From NCBI GenBank assembly GCA_050950145.1, contig JBMNHB010000001.1, forward strand, positions 300,458 to 364,457: DNA of 64,000 nt, written 5' to 3'. Shown one piece after another: positions 10,009 to 19,638 of the stretch (the first letter of the stretch is position 1; each line of letters starts with the position of its first letter). The position numbers and the translations under genes were made by a program. The stretch comes from Candidatus Dojkabacteria bacterium. Lineage in GTDB: Bacteria > Patescibacteriota > Dojkabacteria > SC72. The notes beneath the pieces are model-generated. The model was not told where the DNA came from. It saw nothing but the letters and a program-made list of their open reading frames with translations, and did no database searches.

Positions 10009-11346
10009 GTCTTTAATACCATCTCCTCCAGAAGGTATTGGTTTATCTGGGTCTGTTGGAGTGGAGTCTGTTGATTCTCCTGAGCATGTTCTATACTTTC
10101 TGTTTTGAGTTTCTTTAGATCTATCACATGAGTTTGCATTAGGTGGAATTCTCCATGGCCATTTGGGTAATTCTTTACCAGTCATCTGATAAAACATCCA
10201 CTCTAAGTATCCAATATACTCAACTCCAGCACCTATTCCATCGTTATCTTCTGTACATACATATCCTTTCCAGTATTTTGTTGCCCATATATGTTCTGGA
10301 CTATATTTTTTCTTAAGTATATCTATTTCTTGGTCTGATTTTTCACCTCTTCTTCTGCAAGCTTCCTCAAACCAATCATCTGCATATGACTCTATAGCAA
10401 CATTTTTAAGAAAATAATTAATTTGTGTAGTAAAATCATTCTTCCATTCTGCTACATGGATTCCAAAGTCTTCAACTACAGGGAATTGTGCATACATGCT
10501 AGCAGCAGATTCGTGCATCCAAACAGTTAATGATATTGCAGGATTAAGTCCAGCGTTTATTGATTTACAATAAGCATCAGCATAACATTCTCTTAAATAG
10601 TCTCCTTTACAATATGAAAAACGTTCTCCTTCTGTAAGTGCTAATGATTGTTCTAAGGTAGGTAGGTATCTAGTATCCTTTATTACAACATTCGTCATAC
10701 AATTAGCTCCTGTAGCTGCATACACATTGTTTTTTAGTGCAGTATTTAATTTTCTCTTTAATTCAAATTTTGGAATATATTGTGCATATTTAATTTCTTT
10801 GTAGGTTTTACCTTTTAAATCTAGTGCCCAGTTTCTGTTTTTGTTAGCAAAAACCATATACTTCTCTCCTTCGGCATCAATTAGAATAAAGTCACCAGGG
10901 TCAGAGCTTCCTGTTTCTATCTGTGGTAGTTTAACTTGTTCATTAATATTTTTAGTTATAAAAGTAAGATTATAATCCCATATGTGTTGTGGAGAATTAA
11001 TTCTAAATGTATATTCTGTATTCGGTTTTAGATTTGATATTGTTGATTTGTATAAGTCTTCTTCATCGGAAATATTTGTGTATATTCTAAAATCATTCTC
11101 ATACTTGTATGGAGCTGTACTTTCTTTTTCTTTGTATGTTAGAACTTCAATATTTTTAGTTTTGGTTTTCCAATATACTTCTGCTTGATTGGTTGAGATA
11201 TTAGCAACTATTATGTCATAGGGTTTTTCTTCTAAAATTTGAAATGTTTTTCTGTTTTGAACTATTAGATAAATATTAGCAATTACTAATAAAAGACCAA
11301 GGAGAAAGAAGTATATAATATTTTTTGATTTTCTAGTTTTTTTCAT
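9232..11346 (-). CDS. Paralog of 6585..9194: FN3 + lysozyme-like domain + shared C-terminal domain
   Basis: NLKPNTEYTF; GLNPAISLTVWMHESAAS; C-terminal ~255 aa nearly identical to the neighbour. ATG 11346 is preceded by TATCAT (track start 11382). Confidence 0.7.
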   Translation of the reverse strand: MKKTRKSKNIIYFFLLGLLLVIANIYLIVQNRKTFQILEEKPYDIIVANISTNQAEVYWKTKTKNIEVLTYKEKESTAPYKYENDFRIYTNISDEEDLYKSTISNLKPNTEYTFRINSPQHIWDYNLTFITKNINEQVKLPQIETGSSDPGDFILIDAEGEKYMVFANKNRNWALDLKGKTYKEIKYAQYIPKFELKRKLNTALKNNVYAATGANCMTNVVIKDTRYLPTLEQSLALTEGERFSYCKGDYLRECYADAYCKSINAGLNPAISLTVWMHESAASMYAQFPVVEDFGIHVAEWKNDFTTQINYFLKNVAIESYADDWFEEACRRRGEKSDQEIDILKKKYSPEHIWATKYWKGYVCTEDNDGIGAGVEYIGYLEWMFYQMTGKELPKWPWRIPPNANSCDRSKETQNRKYRTCSGESTDSTPTDPDKPIPSGGDGIKDEMVVTDKDRYCADHDGCICLYDKEGNNYKTRLEAEHGYTCTVDKKIIKTEKICCFEDNKLSVKMPSDCNGVLREDIPITNCKNTNAKYQLKKGVSFINPVEVLDTTQTLHPKTAYDLINMSDKRAIAVGEYKSGEWIQVVKYQDGKIYGNDFELDSNKSYMVISLQGAEFNLIGYRGASLDISKLSGWNLVPSYLFDNKGYTSYEILKNLEFNKIKQIGQWQDSKSLFEYTIKNDKNEIYGEELKIGNQNGIFIKVIQ

Positions 11347-11467
11347 TTCTCTATGATACCAAATATATATTATCTTGTGCACATTCTTTTTAGGGTGATT
11401 ATAGTAGCTAAGCTGGGAATGGAAAAAACCATACCACCTACTTACAAATTCTAATGAAAAAGGAAGA

Positions 11468-11542
11468 TGGCTCCGCGACCAGGACTCGAACCTGGAACCA
11501 AACGGTTAACAGCCGTTCGCTCTACCATTGAGCTATCGCGGA
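11468..11542 (-). tRNA. tRNA-Asn(GTT)
   Basis: TCCGCGATAGCTCAATGGTAGAGC...CTGTTAA...GGTTCGAGTCC...CGCGGAGCCA. U1-A72 pair, CCA encoded. Confidence 0.97.
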
Positions 11543-12042
11543 TTAACAAGTCTATTATATCCCCTTAACCACTCTAACTGCAATAGCTCTTCTTCTTTAA
11601 CTTCAAATATCTCTTTTAAAAGCTCTTTCCCATCTTTTGTTCTAGTAGGTAGTGTCAATATTTTACACTTTTTCCCATCTATCTCAATATCCTTTTGTAC
11701 AATAATATCCTTAATATCTTCCCTTTTTCTCTTTTCTTCTTTTAATAATTCTCCATATATAAAGAGAGTTTCATAATCATTTAAATCTAAATCCCATACG
11801 TTTACTTCTTTACTGATAATCCTTGCAACTATGTTATCTACAATAAAAAATCTTTGTGTTGGTTTTTTATAATCATAAGATTTTTCTAGATATATGGAAG
11901 CTTCATATTCAGAAGGACAATCTATTTTTTCAAAAAAATCACCATACTCTCTCATAACAAAGATGGAATCATCCTCTATATAATCTCTACAAGCATTGCA
12001 ATAGGGATATTCATCATAATCTTCATAATCTATTTTACTCAT
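11533..12042 (-). CDS. Hypothetical protein (N-terminal CxxC, acidic)
   Basis: 169-aa ORF filling the gap. Its stop codon lies inside tRNA-Asn. Confidence 0.6.
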   Translation of the reverse strand: MSKIDYEDYDEYPYCNACRDYIEDDSIFVMREYGDFFEKIDCPSEYEASIYLEKSYDYKKPTQRFFIVDNIVARIISKEVNVWDLDLNDYETLFIYGELLKEEKRKREDIKDIIVQKDIEIDGKKCKILTLPTRTKDGKELLKEIFEVKEEELLQLEWLRGYNRLVNPR

Positions 12043-12101
12043 TGGACACAGTATTAAACTTAACTATATAATGTAACACATCTAATTTAAGTAGTACAAT
12101 A

Positions 12102-12671
12102 ATGAAAAGAGAAGATGTTAGATTTACCTTTCTAGGTATGGATTCTAGTAATGCTTTAAAAGAATATGCATTAGATAAGATATCAAAAAGAGCAGATTTA
12201 TTAGATAAAGCTATATCCATGGAAGTCGCTTTTAAAGAACATAAAGCAAGTAGGGGAGTAAAGAATGACTTTAGGGTAGATATTTCCGTAGATTTACCAG
12301 AAACGCCAATTAGAATAACAGAGAGAGGAGAAGAGATGTATGCAAATATTGATAGAGCTGTAGATGTTCTTGTAAGGAGATTAAATAGGTATGTAGATAT
12401 GAAAGATCATTGGGGTGGTACTAAAGCATGGGAAGTAATGGATATTGATACAGATACAGAGGTAGAAGAAGATCAATATTCAAACTATGTTCCTAAAATA
12501 GCTAAGAGAAAAAAGATAGAAGATATGTCTCCACTTGAGGAAGGTGAAGCTATTGAGAGAATGGAGATGTTAGGATATGATTCATTCCTTTTCAGAAGTA
12601 AGGCAACAGATAAAATATCATTGGTGTATAAAAGAAAAGATGGTTCATACGGAATAGTAGAACCATCTTAA
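12102..12671 (+). CDS. hpf: Ribosome hibernation promoting factor (long HPF/RaiA)
   Basis: ALKEYALDKI, MYANIDRAVD, and C-terminal EEGEAIERMEMLGYDSFLF..VYKRKDGSYG domain. Confidence 0.93.
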   Translation: MKREDVRFTFLGMDSSNALKEYALDKISKRADLLDKAISMEVAFKEHKASRGVKNDFRVDISVDLPETPIRITERGEEMYANIDRAVDVLVRRLNRYVDMKDHWGGTKAWEVMDIDTDTEVEEDQYSNYVPKIAKRKKIEDMSPLEEGEAIERMEMLGYDSFLFRSKATDKISLVYKRKDGSYGIVEPS

Positions 12672-12691
12672 CCTTAGAATCTTTTTAATAA

Positions 12692-13489
12692 CTATTTCTT
12701 AAAAAGAGTTCCTAATATTTTCAAGAAACCATATTTTGGTTTTGCAGTACTATTGTTTTGAATTTTATACTCTGTCCTCTTTTCTGCTAACCAATCAGCT
12801 TGGATTGATTGAACTTGACTGATTAGGTATTGTTCTTTGGTTTCTTCTTTATGCTTCTCGTAATCTAACTGTTCTCCTTCTTCTAATGCCTCTGTTTCTG
12901 TTGGGAAGATGATACTACTGTATTGATTGAAGAACTCTTTTAAATCATCATCTGTATATTTAACCTCTGGTCCTATAACTTTAGTATACAGAGATTGAGT
13001 TTTCAATTGTTCTCTTAATTCTTTCTCAGTAACATTACTTGCCTTAAGAGCTGCCTGATATGCTTCTTCACCACCAATTCTTTTAATTACAGTATCAAGC
13101 TTATCCTGAATCTCTTCCTCTGTTACTTTAACTTCCATCTTCTTAGCTTCTTTTTCAATGATAGAGTCATTAATCAAGGTATCAGCAATAGATGCTCCAT
13201 ATGCATTTTCTAAAGTTTCGTGCCATTTTGCTTTTGAGATTCTCTGTCCATTAACAACAGCTACACTATAATCGTTGTTAAGATACTGTACTCCTAAATC
13301 TAAGAGTGTTACTACTCCAATTATTGCAACAACAATTCCTAATATTTTAAAAATCTGTTTATAAATAGGAGAAGATAGTTTAGGCTTTTTAATAGTAACT
13401 TTCTTTGTTACCTTCTTTGCAGGAGCCTTTTTCCCTGTTGTTTTCTTTGGGGTAGTTTTTGTTTTGACAATTTTTTTAGTCCTTGCCAT
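12692..13489 (-). CDS. SurA/PrsA N-terminal-domain foldase-like membrane protein
   Basis: Lys-rich N-tail, TM, VAVVNGQRIS, LIN..IIEKEAKK..VKVTEEEI. No PPIase domain seen. Confidence 0.75.
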   Translation of the reverse strand: MARTKKIVKTKTTPKKTTGKKAPAKKVTKKVTIKKPKLSSPIYKQIFKILGIVVAIIGVVTLLDLGVQYLNNDYSVAVVNGQRISKAKWHETLENAYGASIADTLINDSIIEKEAKKMEVKVTEEEIQDKLDTVIKRIGGEEAYQAALKASNVTEKELREQLKTQSLYTKVIGPEVKYTDDDLKEFFNQYSSIIFPTETEALEEGEQLDYEKHKEETKEQYLISQVQSIQADWLAEKRTEYKIQNNSTAKPKYGFLKILGTLFKK

Positions 13490-13568
13490 GTAAATATGAT
13501 AAAAATAATTTAGATTATATTATCTTGTAGTTTAACAGAATATTGGGAAATTGGGAAGGGGAGTTATT

Positions 13569-14927
13569 TTATAATGCTTGCAGGTGGACATAAAGTGTTT
13601 TATTCCCATCATCATGTTGTAGGTAGGCCCATGTAGCTCCATATTGATCTACATAGTAATTTACAACACCACTAGTAGATGCATATACTCTAGCTCCTTC
13701 ACCATTAAGATATGCAACATTCCAGTTAGATAACCCCATATTTTTTCTAGTGTTTAATATATTATCAACTATTGGACATAGACCGTAGGGGACAATATAT
13801 GTGTCCCATGATTGGTTACCCTGTGCTTTACTTACCATATCTATAGCATTATGCCCTCCCCAAAAATCATTTGTAACTAGGCCACTAACAAGTGGAGCAG
13901 TGTACAATCCACTTGTTACATATTGTCCATAACCTGTCCCTCCTAAATAACCACCTGATGAGGGTTCCAAAATGACATTGCGAGAATTTCTTAATTGGTA
14001 GTGTAAGTGAGAACCAAAGGAACATCCTGTATGTCCTTGTAAACCTATAACTTCTCCTTTTGCTACTCTTCTACCATTCTTAAAATATCCTTGTTCTGCA
14101 AGTCTAATAATTAAATCAGCAGTTGCCTTCTCAGATTCGCTTAATGCTGTAGAAATCTGTTTTAACTCTGCAAGATATGTAGCTTCTCTTCTTTTTGATT
14201 GTGCTAATAGGTTAGCTTGTTCATTTTTTTGTCCATCTAATTCAGCTTTTACTTCTTCTAGTTTCTTTCTCTCTTCTTCAATTTCGCTCTTTTTTACTTC
14301 CATCTCTTTTTTATCATCTAGAAGTTTTGCCTCTTCTACTTCTAATTCTACAATTGAACTAGAATATCTCTCCAGAGCCTTTAAATCCTTACTTCTAGTT
14401 GTAGTTAAATATTTACTTCTTCTTAAAATGGAAGAGATATTTTTGATATCTAGAAATATTTCAAATTGATTAATAAAAGAAAACTTGTATGATTCTGTAA
14501 TCCTGTTATTTACTGTAACACCAAGGACATTTACCTCTTGTTTTAAGAGAGAAATGTTATCCTCTTTCTTTTCAATCTCTTTCTTTAAAATCTGTATCTC
14601 AATGTCCTGTTTTGCTATCTCTATCTGAAGTTCTTTAATCAAAGTTTCATTCTGAGCAATTTGTCTCTGTATATATTTTATTTTCTCATTTAAAGAGAGT
14701 TGTTGATACTCCTCGTTTTTTAATTTCTTTGTTAAATTTTGTTCTTGTTTATGCAGATCATCCTCTTGCTTTTTGTAGTATTCGTAACATTCTAGAAGGG
14801 TCATACCAGCAGGACACTGTGCTTCAGCTGAAACTTTCTTACTGTTGTATGAAACCAAAAGAAAGACAGATAGTAAAGTGGTTATTGTTATTGAAATTAT
14901 CAAACCTATTCTTTTCATACTATCCAT
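13569..14927 (-). CDS. Coiled-coil M23 metallopeptidase (EnvC/CwlO-like FtsEX partner), circularly permuted catalytic domain
   Basis: Signal peptide, long coiled coil, then GHTG..GSHLHY, HNAID and TLYVHL. Directly downstream of ftsX. Confidence 0.85.
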   Translation of the reverse strand: MDSMKRIGLIISITITTLLSVFLLVSYNSKKVSAEAQCPAGMTLLECYEYYKKQEDDLHKQEQNLTKKLKNEEYQQLSLNEKIKYIQRQIAQNETLIKELQIEIAKQDIEIQILKKEIEKKEDNISLLKQEVNVLGVTVNNRITESYKFSFINQFEIFLDIKNISSILRRSKYLTTTRSKDLKALERYSSSIVELEVEEAKLLDDKKEMEVKKSEIEEERKKLEEVKAELDGQKNEQANLLAQSKRREATYLAELKQISTALSESEKATADLIIRLAEQGYFKNGRRVAKGEVIGLQGHTGCSFGSHLHYQLRNSRNVILEPSSGGYLGGTGYGQYVTSGLYTAPLVSGLVTNDFWGGHNAIDMVSKAQGNQSWDTYIVPYGLCPIVDNILNTRKNMGLSNWNVAYLNGEGARVYASTSGVVNYYVDQYGATWAYLQHDDGNKTLYVHLQAL

Positions 14928-14932
14928 TTATT

Positions 14933-15859
14933 CTAATCTAAATATTTCTTAACTGCACTAAGACTACTTATTACACCTATTAATACTCCTGTAAAGACAT
15001 GTATTAAATAATAACTGATTAAGAAGAGAATATTAACAGGTCTTAAACATGTTAAACCTAAATCTTTAAGTATTTGATTAAATGAAAATGAAAAATCAGG
15101 ATTACTCATTAGGGATGATATTACTATGTAAAAAGGTATGATTATCAGTGTAGCAGCTAATACGCCACCAAGTGCTCCATAGTACAATCCTTCGAAAATG
15201 TAAGGAATTTTTATGTACTTATCAGGACTACCAACAACATTCATAATCTTTATCTCTTCCTTATGAGAATTAATATTGAATCCGATTGTTATTCTAATCA
15301 ACGAGAAAGCGATAACTCCGAGTGCAGAAATTAAGATAACCGAAACTACCTTTATAGTATTGGATAGAGACTCTAATGTTTTAACAACATCTGGGAAGTA
15401 GAAAATATCATCTATGGAAGAATTAATCTCTTTTTCTCTCTCAATCTCTTTGATAAGGTTAAGGAGATCTTCAACACTCTTTGCTCTAATTTCTAAACTT
15501 GGGGGAAGAGAATCAGCTGTTACTGTTGCTATTAAATCAGGATTATCAGAATAATAATCTTTGTAAATTGCTAAAGCTTTCTCTTGATTAACATACTCTA
15601 TATTCTCTATTGTATTAGGATCATCCAAACTCTCTTTAAGTGTCAGAATATCTGCTTCTTTTGTATCTTTTTTAAAGAAAATAATTACTTCTGCTTTCTT
15701 CTCGTAATATTTAATAGCTTTTTGTGAAATAATACCAATACTTATAAAGAAGGAAGATATTAGTAATACTATTGTTGAAACTAGAATAGTTGAAAGAGAT
15801 AGAAATCTATTTCTCTTCATATTCTTTTTTGTTGTTTCTACTAATTTACTTTTTTCCAT
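14933..15859 (-). CDS. ftsX: Cell division permease FtsX
   Basis: Four-TM pattern, LPPSLEI, EEIKIMNVVG..YIKIPYIFEG. Follows ftsE. Confidence 0.9.
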   Translation of the reverse strand: MEKSKLVETTKKNMKRNRFLSLSTILVSTIVLLISSFFISIGIISQKAIKYYEKKAEVIIFFKKDTKEADILTLKESLDDPNTIENIEYVNQEKALAIYKDYYSDNPDLIATVTADSLPPSLEIRAKSVEDLLNLIKEIEREKEINSSIDDIFYFPDVVKTLESLSNTIKVVSVILISALGVIAFSLIRITIGFNINSHKEEIKIMNVVGSPDKYIKIPYIFEGLYYGALGGVLAATLIIIPFYIVISSLMSNPDFSFSFNQILKDLGLTCLRPVNILFLISYYLIHVFTGVLIGVISSLSAVKKYLD

Positions 15860-16817
15860 TTTTTTTACTTTCTTTATTATTTAAATACTCTTTTAAGAAG
15901 CTTTCAAGTTTTTCTCTCTCCTTATCAGTTATTTTTAAGTTATCTAAGTCATCATCTGTTAAATTAAGGATAAGGTCAACTGAGTTAATTTTTGCATTAA
16001 GGAATTTTTCTAATATCTTCTTATCTAACTCTTCTAACTCTTTATCATATATTGGCTTCTCTTCTAATTCTTCGTCTAACTCATCTCCTATTTTAATATT
16101 ACTATCAATAGTAGTAGTTTCTTTCTTTGGTTTCTTTATAGTATCATAGTCCCCTTCGTCGCTATCAGAGATGACTTTCCCTTTTTCCATTCTAATAACT
16201 CTCTTTTTCATTTTGTTTACTAATTCTCTATCATGACTAATGACTAATACTGTTGTTCCGCCTCTATTAATACTGTTTAGAATATCTAAAACTTGGAATG
16301 AAGTCTCAGGATCCAGATTCCCTGTTGGTTCATCTGCAACAAGTAAATCAGGATTATTTGCTAGTGCTCTTGCTATAGCACCTCTTTGTTGCTCTCCTCC
16401 TGATAGTTGTACTGGGAAAAGATCTTTTCTGTCTTGTAATTTAACTAATTCTAGTAAATATTCAGTTGTTTCTTTAATCTCTTTCTCTGTTTTACCTAAA
16501 ATTTCTAGTGCAAACTGAATATTTTCTTCTAATGTTTTACTCTCTAGTAATCGTAAGTCTTGAAAAACCATTCCTAATCTCTGTCTATACTTAGGTAAAA
16601 GCTTGGTTGGAAGTTTAGGTACTTCAATTTCATCAAAAATAATGTTTCCAGAGGTAGGAAGTTCTTCTCTTATCAACAATCTCATTAGTGTAGTTTTACC
16701 TGCTCCTGATGGACCCACAAGAAATGAAAACTCTCCTTTGTCTATTGAAAAGGAAACATCTTCCAGTGCAACGATATTTTCATTATATTTTTTGGTTACT
16801 TTATCGAATATTAACAT
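15846..16817 (-). CDS. ftsE: Cell division ATP-binding protein FtsE with C-terminal extension
   Basis: GPSGAGKTT, VFQD.RLL, LSGGEQQR, ADEPTGNLDP. Start set at MLIFDKV (track start 16847). Confidence 0.92.
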   Translation of the reverse strand: MLIFDKVTKKYNENIVALEDVSFSIDKGEFSFLVGPSGAGKTTLMRLLIREELPTSGNIIFDEIEVPKLPTKLLPKYRQRLGMVFQDLRLLESKTLEENIQFALEILGKTEKEIKETTEYLLELVKLQDRKDLFPVQLSGGEQQRGAIARALANNPDLLVADEPTGNLDPETSFQVLDILNSINRGGTTVLVISHDRELVNKMKKRVIRMEKGKVISDSDEGDYDTIKKPKKETTTIDSNIKIGDELDEELEEKPIYDKELEELDKKILEKFLNAKINSVDLILNLTDDDLDNLKITDKEREKLESFLKEYLNNKESKKNGKK

Positions 16818-16852
16818 GGCAGTTCTATCAATCATATATCTTACCATATATA

Positions 16853-17938
16853 TTAACTCATTCTGATTTCAGCTTCAATGAAATCGTCTAAGTTCCCATC
16901 CAATACGCTCTCAGGATTACTAGATTCTACATTTGTTCTTAAATCTTTTACCATTTTGTAAGGATGGAGTACATAGTTTCTAATCTGGTTTCCCCATCCA
17001 GCAATTTTGTAATCACCTTTAATATCTGCAATCTCCTTTACTTTCTCTTCTTCTTTAATTCTCCATAGTTTTCCTTTAAGAATATTCATAGCATTCTCTC
17101 TGTTTTGTGCTTGATTTCTCTGTGCTGAACTACTTACAGTTATTCCTGTTGGAATATGTGTAATCTGTACAGCAGATGATGTTTTATTTACATTCTGTCC
17201 ACCAGGTCCCCCTGCTTTTACAGCTTTAAACTCAATATCCTTATCTGGTATCTCTAGTTTTTCTTCGTCTTTGGAGAATAGGGGGATAACTTCAACTCCT
17301 GCAAATGTCGTTTGTCGCAAACCTTGTGCATTGTATGGTGATATTCTAACTAACCTATGAGCACCGTGTTCTTTTTTAAGCATTCCAAATGAAAGAGGAG
17401 AATATATCTCAATGGTAACTGTTGAGATACCTGTTTCACTTCCTTTAATGTTTTCTGTTATTGAATATTTCCATCCCTTCTTATCAAAATACATAGTGTA
17501 CATTCTAAAAAGCATAGAAGCCCAATCATTTGCTTCTGTCCCACCTTGTCCTGCATGAATACTTATTACAGCAGGATATGAATCATATTCACCAGAAAGA
17601 AATCTTTGTAATGAGAACTCATCAAGTTCTTTTCTTAATTTCTGATACTCTTCAATTAATTCATTCTGCTCAGTCTCTTTCTCTATTGAATTAAAAAGTT
17701 CAACTAAAGAAGATATATCTTTGTTAAGCCTCTGAGCTGTTTGTGTGACATCCTTCAAATGTGAAATTCTATTCATTACTTTTTTAGCATGTTCTGGATT
17801 ATTCCAAAAATTCTCTTCAATACTTTCTTTCTCTAAAGAAAAAAGGTCTGCTTCTAGCATTTTTAAATCCAAAGCCTTGACGGTTTCTTTACAATCTTTC
17901 TCTAAATCTTCTATGTCTCTTTTACTTAAATCTTCCAT
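16853..17938 (-). CDS. prfB: Peptide chain release factor 2
   Basis: GQGGTEANDWA, HRLVRISPY (SPF-type), GGPGGQNVNK, WGNQIRNYVLHPY. Confidence 0.96.
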   Translation of the reverse strand: MEDLSKRDIEDLEKDCKETVKALDLKMLEADLFSLEKESIEENFWNNPEHAKKVMNRISHLKDVTQTAQRLNKDISSLVELFNSIEKETEQNELIEEYQKLRKELDEFSLQRFLSGEYDSYPAVISIHAGQGGTEANDWASMLFRMYTMYFDKKGWKYSITENIKGSETGISTVTIEIYSPLSFGMLKKEHGAHRLVRISPYNAQGLRQTTFAGVEVIPLFSKDEEKLEIPDKDIEFKAVKAGGPGGQNVNKTSSAVQITHIPTGITVSSSAQRNQAQNRENAMNILKGKLWRIKEEEKVKEIADIKGDYKIAGWGNQIRNYVLHPYKMVKDLRTNVESSNPESVLDGNLDDFIEAEIRMS

Positions 17939-17985
17939 TCGTGTATATTATATTGAACTCTTAATCATTTATCTAGAGAATTTGT

Positions 17986-19638
17986 ATGTCAAATGGAAAA
18001 CAAGAAGAAAATACAGGAATGAGTGGGTTTAACAATGTGCTTGATGTTAGACGATTTGTTACTTTAATTGTTTTGGATGGTTTTGGTGTATTTCCTGATG
18101 CTGAGGGAAATGCAGTATGGGCAGCTAAAACTCCCTTTCTAGACACAATATGGACACATGGGAGATCTACTCTTATACATGCAGCAGGTACTCATGTAGG
18201 TTTGCCAGGAGAAGACGCAGGTAATTCTGAGGTAGGACATTTGAATTTAGGTGCAGGTCAGGTGGTATATCAAACACTTCCTAGGATTAATGATGCAATT
18301 AGTGCTCATGAGTTGGATAATAATCCGGTTATTAAGCAGATGTTTTCATATCTTAGGAAAAGTAGAGGTAAACTTCATCTTACAGGAGTACTTAGTCCAG
18401 CAGGTGTACATGGACATATTAAACACCTTTTCTCTTTATTAGATCTCTGCGCTGTTAGTGGTATAGATCCATATATACATGTGATGTTGGATGGTAGAGA
18501 TACTCCTCCCAAAGAGGGACATCTGTATGTAGAGAAATTACAGGCAAAGATTAAGGAAATAGGGAAGGGTAAAATAGCTTCAATAATGGGTAGGTTTTAT
18601 GGTATGGATAGAGATAGTAGGTGGGAAAGAACCAAACTTGCATATGATGCAATGGTTGGTCTCTCTGAGGATACTTTTACTGATCCAGTAGAGGTTGTAC
18701 AGAGGGCTTACAATAAAGGAGAAGATGATCAGTTCTTCAAGCCACGGGTTTGTGTAGATGAAAACTTGAGACCAGTTGGTGCTGTTCAGAATAACGATGC
18801 TATACTTTTCTGGAATTTTAGAGAGGATAGGGCAAGGCAGTTGACAAAGGCTTTTGTCCTTAAAGATTTTCCTCACTTTGTAAGAAGAAATTTCCCAGAG
18901 AAACTATATTTTGCAACTATGACTGGTTATGAAGAGAATCTTCCAGCTAACGTTGTATTTCCACCTTTAAGGATTAAAAAATCTTTGTCGGAGTATCTGT
19001 CAGACAATGGTAAGAAACAGATTCATCTTTCAGAAACAGAGAAATATATGCATGTGACATACTTCTTTAATGGTGGTATTGAACAACCACATGAAGGAGA
19101 AACTTTCTTTAATATTCCATCAAAGAGAGTGGACAACTATGCCTCAGTCCCAGAAATGAGTGCATTAGTTATTACAGAAGAAACGATGAATAGGATAGCA
19201 AATATTGAAAAAAATCCTCTTGACTTTATTCTCCTTAACTTTGCAAATCCAGATATGTTAGGTCATACAGGTAATTTTAGAGCAACCATTAAGGGGAATG
19301 AAATAGTTGATGAGTGTTGTGCAAAGATAGGCAAGGCTACGATAGATGCAGGTGGTTGTTTAATTGTAACAGCAGATCATGGGAACTGCGAGACTATGAT
19401 TAATAGGGCAACAAAAGAGATAGATATTGCACATACTAATAATCCAGTTCCACTAGTCGTTGCAAACAGTTTGAATGAAATAACTCCTCATCAAGGTGTA
19501 CCACAGTTAAAGATTGGAACAGGTCCAAAAGCAAGGGCAACAGGAATTCTTGCAGATGTTGCTCCTACCGTATTAGGTCTTCTAGGGATGGATATTCCAT
19601 CAAGTATGACTGGGATAGACCTAAGGTCTGTTCTATAG
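17986..19638 (+). CDS. gpmI: 2,3-bisphosphoglycerate-independent phosphoglycerate mutase (copy 1)
   Basis: LDGFG, GNSEVGH, DGRDT, MDRD, ETEKY.HVTYFFNGG, NPDMLGHTG, TADHGN. Confidence 0.96.
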   Translation: MSNGKQEENTGMSGFNNVLDVRRFVTLIVLDGFGVFPDAEGNAVWAAKTPFLDTIWTHGRSTLIHAAGTHVGLPGEDAGNSEVGHLNLGAGQVVYQTLPRINDAISAHELDNNPVIKQMFSYLRKSRGKLHLTGVLSPAGVHGHIKHLFSLLDLCAVSGIDPYIHVMLDGRDTPPKEGHLYVEKLQAKIKEIGKGKIASIMGRFYGMDRDSRWERTKLAYDAMVGLSEDTFTDPVEVVQRAYNKGEDDQFFKPRVCVDENLRPVGAVQNNDAILFWNFREDRARQLTKAFVLKDFPHFVRRNFPEKLYFATMTGYEENLPANVVFPPLRIKKSLSEYLSDNGKKQIHLSETEKYMHVTYFFNGGIEQPHEGETFFNIPSKRVDNYASVPEMSALVITEETMNRIANIEKNPLDFILLNFANPDMLGHTGNFRATIKGNEIVDECCAKIGKATIDAGGCLIVTADHGNCETMINRATKEIDIAHTNNPVPLVVANSLNEITPHQGVPQLKIGTGPKARATGILADVAPTVLGLLGMDIPSSMTGIDLRSVL

